A stretch of 64,000 nucleotides of DNA from Actinobacteria bacterium UBA2272 (GCA_002347725.1 DDXA01000003.1:332177-396176); one strand, 5' to 3'; counted from the first letter of the stretch, positions 1 to 10,273 are shown. Notes: a model not told the origin generated them from the sequence alone. Program-made: numbers and translations.

Positions 1-240
1 AAGCTCTCCCGCATGATCGAAGAGCTCGACCGGGACAACAAGCCCGAGGAGATCGAGGTCCTCGGAACCGGGCGGCTCGCGCTCGCTATGCGCGAAGGCG
101 ACCTCGACATGGGCTCGCTCATGGCCGGTCAGGCTGCGGCTATGGTCTGCGCCATCGAACCTGCCGGGGCCATCGTCCGCGCGCTTGTCGAAGAGGCGGA
201 GGCCGCCATGCGCGCGCTCCCGTCGGTCTGCGGCGGGTGA
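1..240 (+). CDS. fabK: Enoyl-[ACP] reductase II (FabK / NMO family), 3' end only, 5' truncated by window edge
   Basis: Open in frame 1 from nt 1. The C-terminal LGTGRLALAMREGDLDMGSLMAGQAAAMV resembles the FabK C-terminus. Stop overlaps the fabD start (GTGA at 237-240). Confidence 0.65.
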   Translation, partial: KLSRMIEELDRDNKPEEIEVLGTGRLALAMREGDLDMGSLMAGQAAAMVCAIEPAGAIVRALVEEAEAAMRALPSVCGG

Positions 241-1169
241 CCGGCGCCGTGACGTCTCAGGTCGCACTCGTCTTCCCGGGGCAGGGGTCGCAACGCGTCG
301 GCATGCTCGACACCATCCCTGACAAGGACGGGATCGCGGGTCTGCTCGAGTACGCCGAGTCGCTGTCCGGCCTCGAGCTGCGCGCGATAGCGGCCGAGGG
401 GCCAGATACCGCGCTCGCCGACACGCGTGCGGCCCAACCGCTCCTGTTCATTGCAGGCTGGGCCTGGGCGTCCGCGATGGCCGAGGCCGGCATCCGGCCG
501 ACGGTCGTCGCGGGTCACAGCCTTGGCGAACTGACCGCGCTCGCCGTCGCGGGCGTCTTCGACGTCGCATCGGGACTCGAGCTCGTGGTCGAGCGCTCCC
601 GGGCGATGGCCGAGGCCGCAGCGGCAACGCCAGGCACCATGGCCGCCGTACTCGGCATGGACTCATCCGTCGTCTCCGATCTCGTTGCGCCGCTTGACGG
701 CGTGTGGATCGCCAACGACAACGCTCCGGGTCAGATCGTGCTGACCGGCACGCACGCCGGCATCGAGATCGCCACCCACGCCCTGTCCGAGGCTGGCGCG
801 CGCAAGATCGTTCCGCTCAGCGTCGCCGGCCCGTTCCACTCGCCGCTCATGGAGTCCGCAGCCGAGGAGTTCGCCCGTGTCCTCGAGTCGACGCCGCTGC
901 GTGAGGCGACCGTACCCATCCTGCAGAACACCACGGCGCGGGCAGCCACCGACCCCGACGTCATCCGCGCCAGACTCCGTGATCAGATAGTCTCTCCGGT
1001 GCGCTGGACCGAGACGATGATGGCGATCCTCGACCGCGGCATCCCTGTCATGGTAGAAGCGGGACCGGGGGCGGTTCTCACCGGCCTCGGACGCCGGGTC
1101 GAGGGGCTGTCCGCGTACGCCGCGGAGACCGTCGGTATCGAGAAGCTCCGTGAGGAGGTTGCCGCATGA
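237..1169 (+). CDS. fabD: Malonyl-CoA:ACP transacylase
   Basis: FPGQGSQRVGM and the GHSLGE active-site Ser motif. 310 aa. An alternative GTG lies at 249. Confidence 0.93.
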   Translation: MTGAVTSQVALVFPGQGSQRVGMLDTIPDKDGIAGLLEYAESLSGLELRAIAAEGPDTALADTRAAQPLLFIAGWAWASAMAEAGIRPTVVAGHSLGELTALAVAGVFDVASGLELVVERSRAMAEAAAATPGTMAAVLGMDSSVVSDLVAPLDGVWIANDNAPGQIVLTGTHAGIEIATHALSEAGARKIVPLSVAGPFHSPLMESAAEEFARVLESTPLREATVPILQNTTARAATDPDVIRARLRDQIVSPVRWTETMMAILDRGIPVMVEAGPGAVLTGLGRRVEGLSAYAAETVGIEKLREEVAA

Positions 1170-1915
1170 GACGGCTCGAGGGTCGCGTCGCATTGGTCAC
1201 CGGTGGTTCCCGCGGCATAGGGGCCGCCATCGCACTCCGGCTCGCCACCGAGGGCGCTACCGTCGCGGTCAACTACGCCGGTAATGCATCGGCTGCCGCA
1301 GACGTGGTGGCGCAGATCGTCTCCGGCGGAGGGACCGCCGAGATGTTCCAGGCGGACATCGGCGATTCGACGGCCGCGACCGACCTTGTGACGGCCGTCG
1401 TCGAGCGGTTCGGCCGCCTGGACGTGCTCGTGAACAACGCGGGCATCACCCGCGATGGTCTTCTCGTGCGGATGTCCGACGACGACTGGAACGCGGTCGT
1501 CGGGACGAACCTGTCGGGCGCGTTCTTCGTCACCCGCGCGGCCGGCAAGGTCATGATGAAGGCCCGGGCGGGTTCGATCATCAACGTATCCTCAGTCGTC
1601 GGGCTCACCGGCAACGCCGGTCAGGTCAACTACGCCTCGGCTAAGGCCGGCCTCATCGGCATGACGAAGTCCGTTGCCCGCGAGCTCGCATCGCGCGGCG
1701 TACGCGCCAACGCCGTGGCGCCCGGCTTCATCGCCACCGACATGACCGATGCGCTTCCCGAGGCCGCTCGCGACGCGGCGGCCGCCACCATCGCGATGGG
1801 CCGCTTCGGTATGCCTGAGGACGTCGCGGCGTGCGTGGCATTCCTCGCGTCCGACGACGCTTCATACCTCACAGGCCAGACGATCGCCGTTGATGGCGGC
1901 ATGACGTGCGTCTGA
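1166..1915 (+). CDS. fabG: 3-oxoacyl-ACP reductase (SDR)
   Basis: TGGSRGIG, NNAG and the YASAKAG (YxxxK) motifs. ATGA overlap with fabD. Confidence 0.93.
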   Translation: MRRLEGRVALVTGGSRGIGAAIALRLATEGATVAVNYAGNASAAADVVAQIVSGGGTAEMFQADIGDSTAATDLVTAVVERFGRLDVLVNNAGITRDGLLVRMSDDDWNAVVGTNLSGAFFVTRAAGKVMMKARAGSIINVSSVVGLTGNAGQVNYASAKAGLIGMTKSVARELASRGVRANAVAPGFIATDMTDALPEAARDAAAATIAMGRFGMPEDVAACVAFLASDDASYLTGQTIAVDGGMTCV

Positions 1916-1957
1916 CCTGCAGATTCTTAACCACGACCCCGGAAGGAGGTGGTACGC

Positions 1958-2200
1958 ATGGAGCACGATGAGATCTACGCCAAGGTGAAAGAGGTCATCG
2001 TCGACCAGCTCTCCGCAGACGAGGACGACGTCTCGCCGGAGGCGTCGTTCATCGACGACCTTGGCGCCGATTCGCTCGACATCGTCGAGCTCGTCATGGC
2101 GCTGGAGGACTCGTTCAGCATCTCGATCCCCGATGAGGAGGCCGAGTCCATCAAGACGGTCGGCGACGCTGTCGACTATATCGCCGCAAATATGGAGTGA
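1958..2200 (+). CDS. acpP: Acyl carrier protein
   Basis: [18 protein letters not shown] phosphopantetheine-Ser motif. ORF-track start 1949 trimmed to ATG 1958 behind GGAAGGAGG. Confidence 0.95.
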   Translation: MEHDEIYAKVKEVIVDQLSADEDDVSPEASFIDDLGADSLDIVELVMALEDSFSISIPDEEAESIKTVGDAVDYIAANME

Positions 2201-2276
2201 CCCGCGGTCTCGAGCCGCTTACGAGGCGGCGTCATGCGCGAGCGTGGCGCCGCCTCGTCACCAGGGAGAGGAACTC

Positions 2277-3239
2277 ATGGAGTTGCCTACGCTCACCATC
2301 GGCGCACGCACCGCCCGGCTCCCCATAATCCAGGGCGGCATGGCCGTGCGCATTTCGCTGGGACCGCTCGCGACCGCGGTGGCCGACGCGGGCGGCATCG
2401 GTCTGATCGCGGGCTCAGGGCTGAGTCCTGCCGAACTGGCCGAGGAGGTCCGTCGCACGCGCGCGGCGACTTCAGGTGTCATCGGCGTGAACATCATGGT
2501 GGCCGTCCGCATCTTCAAGGACCTGGTGCATGCGGCACTCGCAGAAGGCGTCGATCTCGTCGTGGCCGGCGCCGGGTTCTCCCGTGACGTCTTCACGTGG
2601 TGCCGCGAGGCGGGCGTGGAGTTCGTTCCTATCGTGGGCTCGGCACGTGTCGCACGCCTGGCCGAGAAGTTCGGCGCCTCGGCGGTCGTCGTCGAAGGCT
2701 GCGATGCGGGTGGACACCTCGGCACGGACCGGCATCTGTTCGATCTGCTTCCCGAGATCCTCGACGCCGTCGACATCCCGGTGATCGCTGCAGGCGGCCT
2801 GGCAACCGGGGCCGACATCAAACGTGCGCTCGATGCGGGGGCGGCGGGCGTACAGATGGGTTCGGTATTCGCCGCCACCGTCGAGTCCTCGGCACCTGAC
2901 GCGTTCAAGCAGATGTACGTTGCGGCGACCGCGGACGACATCATCGTCACCAGGAGTCCGGTCGGACTGCCCGGACGCGCGATCACCTCTCCGCTCACGG
3001 AGCGCATCGCCCGGGCCGACTACCCGCCGATCGAGCGGTGCCGGGCGTGCCTCAAACAGTGCGGCAAGGAGTACTGCATCATCGACGCGCTCGAGATCGC
3101 ACAGCGCGGCGACGTCGACCGCGGCCTCATCTTCGCCGGGACGTCTGCGGCCCATGTCCACGACATCCCGACCGCGGCCGAACTGATCGACCGTCTGTGT
3201 GCCGAGTGGCGGGCAGCGAGCGAAGGAGAACACTCATGA
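2277..3239 (+). CDS. NMO/FabK-family FMN oxidoreductase (nitronate monooxygenase-like; possible second enoyl-ACP reductase)
   Basis: ORF 2061-3239 trimmed to ATG 2277, because the upstream part overlaps acpP out of frame. Has PIIQGGMAVRIS, GCDAGGHLG and VIAAGGLATG TIM-barrel motifs and a Cys-rich CRACLKQCGKEYC tail. Confidence 0.8.
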   Translation: MELPTLTIGARTARLPIIQGGMAVRISLGPLATAVADAGGIGLIAGSGLSPAELAEEVRRTRAATSGVIGVNIMVAVRIFKDLVHAALAEGVDLVVAGAGFSRDVFTWCREAGVEFVPIVGSARVARLAEKFGASAVVVEGCDAGGHLGTDRHLFDLLPEILDAVDIPVIAAGGLATGADIKRALDAGAAGVQMGSVFAATVESSAPDAFKQMYVAATADDIIVTRSPVGLPGRAITSPLTERIARADYPPIERCRACLKQCGKEYCIIDALEIAQRGDVDRGLIFAGTSAAHVHDIPTAAELIDRLCAEWRAASEGEHS

Positions 3240-4468
3240 GACGCGTCGTCATCACCGGCCTCGGGGTCGTCAGTCCCGTCGGCATCGGCGCCGACGCCGT
3301 GTGTGCGTCGGTCAATGCAGGCAGAAGCGGCGTGGCGCCCATCACCGCATTCGACGCCTCGGCATACTCCACCCGGTTCGCCGCGATGATCGACGACTGG
3401 GACCCCACGCCATGGATCGAGCCGAAGGAGGCCCGGCGTCTGGCCAGGTTCCAGCAGTTCGCGGTCGCCGCGGCCCAGGAGGCTGTCGACGACGCGGGGC
3501 TCGTCATCGAGGAGGCCGACGCGGACCGGGTGGGTGTCATCGTCGGCTCCGGCATCGGCGGGCTCGGCACGATGGAGGAACAGAAGGAGATCCTCGACGC
3601 GAAGGGACCGGGACGGGTAAGCCCGTTCCTCGTCCCCATGATGATCGTGGACCTCGCCGCCGGGCACATCTCCATCCGGTTCGGCGCCAAAGGCATCAAC
3701 TACGCCCCGGTGTCCGCGTGCGCCACCGGCAACCACGCCATCGGCGAGGCGGGGGAGATCATCAAGCGCGGCGATGCAGACGTGATCATCGCCGGAGGCT
3801 TCGACTGCGGCACCACGCCGCTCGGACTTGCCGGGTTCTGCGCCGCACGCTCCCTGTCCACCCGCAACGACGACCCCACCCGGGCGTCACGTCCCTTCGA
3901 CGCCGGTCGCGACGGCTTCGTCATGGGTGAGGGTGGCGGCATCCTTATACTCGAGGAACTCGAGCACGCACGCGCCCGCGGAGCCCGCATCTACGCCGAG
4001 CTCGCCGGATATGGCGCGTCAGCCGACGCCTACCACCTCACCGCACCGGCGCCGGACGGGGACGGCGCGCGTCGCGCCATGCTCCAGTCGCTCGCACGCG
4101 GCGGGATGACTCCAGCCGAGATCGGCTACATCAACGCACACGGCACCTCGACACAGCTCGGCGACGCCGCCGAGACCGGCGCCATCAAGGCCGTCTTCGG
4201 ACCGGATGCGCCACCCGTCTCGTCGACCAAGTCGATGACCGGCCATCTCCTCGGCGGAGCAGGCGCCCTCGAGGCCGTCATCTGCGTGCGGGCCCTGATC
4301 GACGGGATCCTGCCGCCAACCATCAACTACGAGACACCCGACCCGGCGTGCGACCTCGACTACATCCCCAACGTCGCACGGGAGGCGACCGTCGATGCGA
4401 TCATGAACAACTCCTTCGGCTTCGGTGGCCACAACGCGACGCTCGTGTTCAGGCGGCTGGACTCCTGA
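3236..4468 (+). CDS. fabF: 3-oxoacyl-ACP synthase II
   Basis: Trimmed to ATG 3236 (MRRVVITGLGVVSP), which overlaps the upstream stop. Active-site Cys in VSACATGN, plus NAHGTST and GHLLGGAG. Confidence 0.95.
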   Translation: MRRVVITGLGVVSPVGIGADAVCASVNAGRSGVAPITAFDASAYSTRFAAMIDDWDPTPWIEPKEARRLARFQQFAVAAAQEAVDDAGLVIEEADADRVGVIVGSGIGGLGTMEEQKEILDAKGPGRVSPFLVPMMIVDLAAGHISIRFGAKGINYAPVSACATGNHAIGEAGEIIKRGDADVIIAGGFDCGTTPLGLAGFCAARSLSTRNDDPTRASRPFDAGRDGFVMGEGGGILILEELEHARARGARIYAELAGYGASADAYHLTAPAPDGDGARRAMLQSLARGGMTPAEIGYINAHGTSTQLGDAAETGAIKAVFGPDAPPVSSTKSMTGHLLGGAGALEAVICVRALIDGILPPTINYETPDPACDLDYIPNVAREATVDAIMNNSFGFGGHNATLVFRRLDS

Positions 4469-5184
4469 TGGCCATGGACGGAGAGCGACGCGCGCGGATC
4501 GAGGCGATCGTCGGACATACCTTCTCGGACCCTGCGCTCCTCGAGGCCGCCGTCACCCACCCGTCGTACGCGTGCGAACACGACGGGTGCCCCGGTTACG
4601 ACCGCCTCGAGTTCCTCGGCGATGCCGTCCTCGGCTTCATCGTCTCCGACGCGCTCTATGTGTCCCTGCCCGATGCGCCCGAGGGTGAACTCACGCGCCG
4701 CAAGCACCATGCGGTGTCGGGCGAGGCTCTCGCCGAGGTCGCCGAGCACCTCGACCTCGGCGCGTTCGTGTCGCTCGGGCGGGGCGCCGAGTCCGCAGGC
4801 GAGCGCCTGCGCTCCTCGATCCTCGAGAACGTCATGGAGGCGCTCATCGGGGCGCTGTACCTCGACGGCGGCCTCGATGCGGCACGGGACTTCGCCGTCC
4901 GCGCGCTTGAATCGCGCTACGCGGCGGCGGCGGCGCCGGAGAAGGACCCCAAGTCGGCCTTGCAGCAGTACACGCAGGGCAAGCTCTCGGCGCTTCCCGA
5001 GTACCGGATCCGCGAGGTGTCCGGGCCGCCGCATCAGCGGGTCTTCACCGCCGACGTGTACGTCCTCGGTCGCGTGCTCGGCTCCGGCGCCGGGGCTACG
5101 AAACAGGCCGCCGAGAAGGCCGCGGCGGCGGCGGCTCTCTCGGCACTCCTGGTCGACGACGCCCGCGGTGCCTCCGACGCCTGA
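4468..5184 (+). CDS. rnc: Ribonuclease III
   Basis: Trimmed to ATG 4468, overlapping the fabF stop. RNase III signature ERLEFLGDAVL and a C-terminal dsRBD-like region. Confidence 0.93.
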   Translation: MAMDGERRARIEAIVGHTFSDPALLEAAVTHPSYACEHDGCPGYDRLEFLGDAVLGFIVSDALYVSLPDAPEGELTRRKHHAVSGEALAEVAEHLDLGAFVSLGRGAESAGERLRSSILENVMEALIGALYLDGGLDAARDFAVRALESRYAAAAAPEKDPKSALQQYTQGKLSALPEYRIREVSGPPHQRVFTADVYVLGRVLGSGAGATKQAAEKAAAAAALSALLVDDARGASDA

Positions 5185-5274
5185 CGCGACTGCCGCTGTG
5201 ATAGGATACACAGCGTCGCCCGCGGAGGTCGGCTTCCTGCGGATACATGCCACTACCAGCGGAAAGAGCCTCGC

Positions 5275-8200
5275 TTGTACCTGAAGTCGCTCACCTTGAA
5301 GGGATTCAAGTCCTTCGCGGACCGCAGCCGGCTCTCACTCGAGCCCGGGGTGACGGTCGTCGTCGGTCCCAACGGCTCCGGCAAATCGAACATCTCCGAC
5401 GCCGTCTTGTGGGTACTCGGCGAGCAGTCCGCCAAGGCGCTGCGCGGCAATGCGATGGAAGACGTCATCTTCGCAGGCTCCTCCGCACGGCAGGCAGTGG
5501 GCGTGGCTGAAGTCGACCTCGTGCTCGACAATCACGACGGACAGTTGCCGATCGAGTTCTCCGAGGTCACGATCACCCGCCGCATGTTCCGCAACGGGGA
5601 GAGCGAGTACCTCATCAACCAAACGCCCACGCGGCTCATGGACGTGCAGGAACTCCTGCACGACACGGGCCTGGGCCGGGACACGCACTCGATCATCAGC
5701 CAGGGTCGTATCGACGAGATCCTCAACTCGCGGCCGGAGGAACGGCGAGCGCTCATCGAGGAGGCTGCGGGCGTCCTCAAGCACAAGAAGCGCAAGGAGC
5801 GCGCCATCCGCAAACTCTCGATGATGGACGTACATCTCGACCGGATCCGCGATGTGCTCATCGAGATCGACCGTCAGCTCAGGCCGCTCCAGCGCCAGGC
5901 CGACAAGGCCGCCGAGTACCGCGAGATCGGCGCCGAGCTCCGCGACCTGGAAGTCGCGCTTGCCGTCGGCGATCTCAGAGTGCTGCAGGAGGAATGGGAC
6001 GCCCTCGAGAAGCGCGAACGCGAGCACGACGCCGAAGTCGAACTCGCCCGCTACCGGCTTGCCGAGCGCCAACGCGAGCTTGAGACGTTCCAGTCGCTCC
6101 TCGAAGAGAAGGGCCTGTTCGTCGGCGACCTGTCCGAGCAACGACGGCGCCTGCAGTCCGTGCTTGAACGCACCAACTCCGGACTGCTTCTGCTCGAGGA
6201 GAAGGGCAAGAACCTCGTCGAGCGGCTCTCGGAACTGCGCCAGAAGGTCCACCAAAGCGGGAGCCGGTTCGAGTCGCGCACCGCCGAACTCCAGCAGATC
6301 GCCGAGGAGCGCGCCGTCACCGAGGCCAAGCTGCACGCGCTGTACACCCAACTCGGCGAACTCCGGCGCGAGTCGGAGACCATCAAGAAGGAACGTCTGG
6401 CCGCCGACGAAACGCTCGCCGAGGTGATGACCGAGGCGCGCCGGACGCGCAAGGATGTCGACGACGCGCGCGCGGACCTTGCCGATATCCAGCAGGCGCT
6501 CTCCGGCTTCGCACTTGAGTCCGAGATGCTCGCCGAGCGGCTCGCGACGGTCCGCAACCAGCGTTCGGCACTCATGCAGACGCTCTCGGCCAGACGTGAT
6601 CGGCTCGAGCAACTCGGCAACCGGATCGACCACGGGCGCAAGGAGGCGGCGCTTGCGGCCTCCGACGTCGACCGGCGCGTGCGTCTTGCCGAGTCCCGGC
6701 AGACCGCGCTCGACAAGCTGCGTGCCGAGCTGGCCGACGTGCGTGCGGAGATCCGCGGCATCGAGGAGGTCGACCGGGCGTTCGACTCGGCATCGCCGGC
6801 TCTTGCCTGGCTGCTTGCGCGCGAGCACGAACTGCCGGGCGTCATCGGCCCGGTCACCGAGCACATCACTGTGCCGAAAGAGTACGAGCGGGTCGTCGAG
6901 CGGATACTCGGCGCCGACGTCTTCTGCGTACTCGTGCACGACCGCGGCTCGATCCTCAAGACCGTCGCGGTCCTCGAGGAGCACGGAGCCAACGACTTCG
7001 CGCTCATCCCCGTGGGCTCTGACGCCGACGACACGCTTCCCGCCGACGGTCCGGGCGTACGCCTGATCGATGTCATCGACTGTGCGCCCGAGATCAGGGC
7101 CAGCCTGCGTGCGCTGATCGGTGACGTACGCGTCGTTGAGACCCTCGGGCAGGCGCTCGACGCGCCACCATCCCCGTGGCGGCTTGCCACCAGCGCCGGC
7201 CATACCGTCTTCCCCTCGGGCAAGGTCCGCGTCGGGCCGTCGCTCGATGATGACGCCGGTGTCCTCGGCAGGCGTCGCGCACTCGTGGAGCTCAAGGCTC
7301 GCTTCGAGGCGCTGGACGCCGCCGTCGGGGAGTCCGAGGCCGCGCTCGTCGATGCGACCGAGGCGTTGGCCGCATCGCAGCAAGACGCCCTCGAACTCGG
7401 CCAGAGCATCGCCTCACTCACGGGCGAGGAAGCGTCGCTTCGAGAGGATGTCGGCCGGCTCGAGCGCACCATAACCGAGTCCGACACCGAAGTCGCCTCG
7501 ATCGACCTGCGACTTCGCCAGATCGACGAGAAGACGGTCAAGGACCGCCCGCACCAACGCGCGCTCTCGGACCGCATAGCCGAGGGACTCGTGCGCATCG
7601 AAGAGCTCGAGGACGCCACCATCGCCCGCCGGGAGGAGCGCGACACGCGCTTCCGGGAGGAGACCGAGGTCGCGAACCGGCTCTCGGCGTGCCAGGTCGA
7701 GATCGCCGCCGTCTCCGAACGCGAGGTGCACCTGAAGCGGCGCTACGGAGCGCTCACCGCGGAGACGAAGGAGCTCGGTCAGACGGTGGAGCAGTCCAAG
7801 GTGACCGAGGTGGCGCTCGAGGCGCTGCTCGAGCGCATCCAGCCGCTCCACGAGCTGTGGGACGCGCTCCTCAAGCGCTCCGAACACTGGGCCGACAAGC
7901 TGCGCGACCGCGCTCGCTTCGAGCAGGCCGACTCCGAGTCGCTCAGGACCACCATCCACGACGGCCAGGAGGCTGTCCGCACAGCGCAGGCCGCCGTCGA
8001 CGAGACGCTCGAGTCAGTCACCGCGGTCCGCGTGGAGAAGGCCGCACTCGAGGTGCAGGTCACCTCGGCGGTCAAACACATCGTCGACGATCTCGGCGTA
8101 CCGATCGAACGCGCCCTTGAGGTGCCACCGATCGCCGACCGGACCACGGCCAACGACCGTGCCCACCGGCTCCGCAAGCGCATCGCCAACCTCGGCCCGG

Positions 8201-8811
8201 TCAACCCGGTCGCCGTTGAGGAGTTCGACCACCTCCGCGACCGCCGTGACTTCATGCAGCACCAGCTCGACGACCTGACGTCGAGCCGCAAAGCCCTCCA
8301 GAAGGTGATCTCTGCCATCGACCGCAAGGTGCGTGATCGATTCCTCGAGACGTTCGAACTCGTCGACCATCACTTCCAGGACATCTTCGCGCTGCTGTTC
8401 CCGGGAGGGCAGGCCTCGCTCATCCTGACCGACCCCGATGAGCCCGAGACCACCGGCGTCGAGGTGGCCGCACAGCCGCGCGGCAAGCGTCTCCAGAAGA
8501 TGAGCCTGCTCTCGGGCGGCGAGAAGTCACTGACCGCCCTCGCGCTGCTCTTCGCCGTCTACCGCACGCGCCCCTGCCCGTTCTACATCCTCGACGAGGT
8601 CGAGGCCGCGCTCGACGACACGAACCTTCGCCGGTTCATCACCTTCGTCGACAGCCTCAGGACGCACACCCAGTTCATCGTGGTCACTCACCAACGCAGG
8701 ACGATGGAGACCGCCGACGTACTCTACGGTGTCTCGATGCAGGCCGACGGCGTGAGCAAGGTCGTCAGTCAGAAGATCGAGCGCGCGACTGCCGAGGCGA
8801 CGTCGTCGTGA
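5275..8811 (+). CDS. smc: Chromosome partition protein SMC
   Basis: TTG start. Walker A GPNGSGKSN, long coiled coils with a hinge, LSGGEKSLTALALLFA and Walker B YILDEVEAALD. 1178 aa. Confidence 0.95.
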   Translation: MYLKSLTLKGFKSFADRSRLSLEPGVTVVVGPNGSGKSNISDAVLWVLGEQSAKALRGNAMEDVIFAGSSARQAVGVAEVDLVLDNHDGQLPIEFSEVTITRRMFRNGESEYLINQTPTRLMDVQELLHDTGLGRDTHSIISQGRIDEILNSRPEERRALIEEAAGVLKHKKRKERAIRKLSMMDVHLDRIRDVLIEIDRQLRPLQRQADKAAEYREIGAELRDLEVALAVGDLRVLQEEWDALEKREREHDAEVELARYRLAERQRELETFQSLLEEKGLFVGDLSEQRRRLQSVLERTNSGLLLLEEKGKNLVERLSELRQKVHQSGSRFESRTAELQQIAEERAVTEAKLHALYTQLGELRRESETIKKERLAADETLAEVMTEARRTRKDVDDARADLADIQQALSGFALESEMLAERLATVRNQRSALMQTLSARRDRLEQLGNRIDHGRKEAALAASDVDRRVRLAESRQTALDKLRAELADVRAEIRGIEEVDRAFDSASPALAWLLAREHELPGVIGPVTEHITVPKEYERVVERILGADVFCVLVHDRGSILKTVAVLEEHGANDFALIPVGSDADDTLPADGPGVRLIDVIDCAPEIRASLRALIGDVRVVETLGQALDAPPSPWRLATSAGHTVFPSGKVRVGPSLDDDAGVLGRRRALVELKARFEALDAAVGESEAALVDATEALAASQQDALELGQSIASLTGEEASLREDVGRLERTITESDTEVASIDLRLRQIDEKTVKDRPHQRALSDRIAEGLVRIEELEDATIARREERDTRFREETEVANRLSACQVEIAAVSEREVHLKRRYGALTAETKELGQTVEQSKVTEVALEALLERIQPLHELWDALLKRSEHWADKLRDRARFEQADSESLRTTIHDGQEAVRTAQAAVDETLESVTAVRVEKAALEVQVTSAVKHIVDDLGVPIERALEVPPIADRTTANDRAHRLRKRIANLGPVNPVAVEEFDHLRDRRDFMQHQLDDLTSSRKALQKVISAIDRKVRDRFLETFELVDHHFQDIFALLFPGGQASLILTDPDEPETTGVEVAAQPRGKRLQKMSLLSGGEKSLTALALLFAVYRTRPCPFYILDEVEAALDDTNLRRFITFVDSLRTHTQFIVVTHQRRTMETADVLYGVSMQADGVSKVVSQKIERATAEATSS

Positions 8812-9734
8812 CCCAGCCGTGGTACAAGCGCCTCGGCAACGGGCTGGCACGTACACGAGGCGAGCTCCAGGGGCACCTGAACGTCCTCCTGCGCCGCGGG
8901 CCGGATCTCGACGAACAGTTCTGGGAGGAGCTCGAAGACGCCCTTCTCCAGGCGGATATGGGCGTCACCGCCACCACCGAGATGACCGGGCGCCTGCGTG
9001 ACACGGCGGCTCGGGAGGCTCTGCCGGACGCCACCGCCGTTCTCGCCCGACTCGCAGACGAGATCGCTGCCGAGGTGCGCGTCCCCGGCGACGACCCCTT
9101 CACCTCCGGTCCTGCCACGGTTCTTGTGGTCGGCGTGAACGGCACGGGCAAGACGACGAGCGTCGGAAAGATCGCCAAGTCCGCCGCCGACGCGGGACGA
9201 CACGTCGTCATCGGCTCGGCCGACACGTTCCGTGCCGCAGCCATCGAGCAGCTCCGCATCTGGGCCGAGCGCGCTGAGGTGCCCGTCATCGAGCGCGCCC
9301 ACGGCGCCGATCCCGCCGCCGTCGTATTCGACACGATCACCGAAGGTCGGGCACGGGACGCCGACCTCATCCTCATCGACACCGCCGGGCGCCTCCACAC
9401 CTCGTCGGACCTCATGGCGGAGCTCGTCAAGGTCAAGCGCGTGGCCGACCGCGAGAGCCCGCATCCGGTCCGTGTCGTCCTTGTCATGGACGCGACAACC
9501 GGACAGAACGGCCTTGTCCAGGCGCGGGAGTTCCACCGGGCGTTGGGACTCGACGGCCTCGTTCTCACCAAACTCGATGGCACCGCCAAAGGTGGCATCG
9601 TCGTTGCGGTCTCCCGCGAACTCGGCGTCCCCGTCGTGCGTGTCGGCGTGGGGGAGGGCGTGGCCGATCTCGAGGCTTTTGAGCCCGACGCGTTCGCCGC
9701 CGCGATCGTCGGTGAGAGTCCCGCCGGATCCTGA
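8808..9734 (+). CDS. ftsY: SRP receptor FtsY (NG domain only)
   Basis: GTGA overlap with smc. Motifs GVNGTGKTT, DTAGR and TKLDGTAKGG. Confidence 0.93.
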   Translation: MTQPWYKRLGNGLARTRGELQGHLNVLLRRGPDLDEQFWEELEDALLQADMGVTATTEMTGRLRDTAAREALPDATAVLARLADEIAAEVRVPGDDPFTSGPATVLVVGVNGTGKTTSVGKIAKSAADAGRHVVIGSADTFRAAAIEQLRIWAERAEVPVIERAHGADPAAVVFDTITEGRARDADLILIDTAGRLHTSSDLMAELVKVKRVADRESPHPVRVVLVMDATTGQNGLVQAREFHRALGLDGLVLTKLDGTAKGGIVVAVSRELGVPVVRVGVGEGVADLEAFEPDAFAAAIVGESPAGS

Positions 9735-10273
9735 TGCGCGCCCCGGAGTTCATCGCATGGCGGGAGCGTGACCGGAAGTACCTCGCCCTCACGCTCGTCC
9801 TCGCGTTCACGCTCGGCCTGGTCGTCGGCACGTTGTACATCGTCTTCACCACGGTGAGGGTAGACGGCGACTCCATGGCGCCCACGCTTCTTCACGAGGA
9901 TCGCGCGCTGGTCACCAAGGGGTATCCGAACCCGCGGCGAGGAGACATCGTCTCGCTTACGCTGCTCGACAGCGGCGAGAGGGTCGGCGTGCTCAAACGC
10001 GTGGTCGCTCTCGGTGGAGACACGGTCACGATGCTCGGGGATGTCGTGTACGTCAACGGCCAGCGTTCCGCCACGAATCCCGATACCACCTCCTGGGCGA
10101 GCGGAGCCGAGTCCGAGCCGGTCATCGTCCCGGCGGATGCGGTGTTCGTCCTCGGCGACAACAGGGCGATCTCGTTCGACAGCCGGATCGTGGGCCCGAT
10201 ACCGCTCGCAGACGTCCAGGGAAGGGTCGCTGCCGTGATCTTGCCACTCGGCCGTTTTCGCGTCATTGACTGA
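9734..10273 (+). CDS. lepB: Signal peptidase I (copy 1)
   Basis: N-terminal TM helix, GDSMAPT Ser box, LKRVVALGGD and GDNRAISFDSR. The ATG shares one nt with the ftsY stop. Confidence 0.85.
   Translation: MRAPEFIAWRERDRKYLALTLVLAFTLGLVVGTLYIVFTTVRVDGDSMAPTLLHEDRALVTKGYPNPRRGDIVSLTLLDSGERVGVLKRVVALGGDTVTMLGDVVYVNGQRSATNPDTTSWASGAESEPVIVPADAVFVLGDNRAISFDSRIVGPIPLADVQGRVAAVILPLGRFRVID

Noticed and set aside
2061-2276. 5' extensions of ORF-track calls: 2061, 3038, 4348, 13480, 16097, 24869, 25617, 27028, 30641, 37739, 45133 and 57200.
   Set aside because: The extended parts overlap the preceding gene out of frame. Conserved N-termini with SD sequences or ATGA/GTGA coupling occur downstream, so the starts were trimmed.
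5335-7383. 682-aa ORF antisense to smc. A 531-aa ORF at 6051-7646 is similar.
   Set aside because: It lies entirely inside and opposite the well-supported smc gene. Its composition is Arg/Gly/Leu/Asp-rich with no recognisable motifs. Long stop-free antisense frames are expected opposite GC3-rich genes.
8765-9895. 376-aa minus-strand ORF across ftsY/lepB. Similar ones lie at 10312-11325, 19082-20164, 36805-37941, 38012-38893 and 51038-52348.
   Set aside because: All are antisense to genes with clear catalytic motifs. None has an SD, a recognisable domain or an intergenic context of its own.
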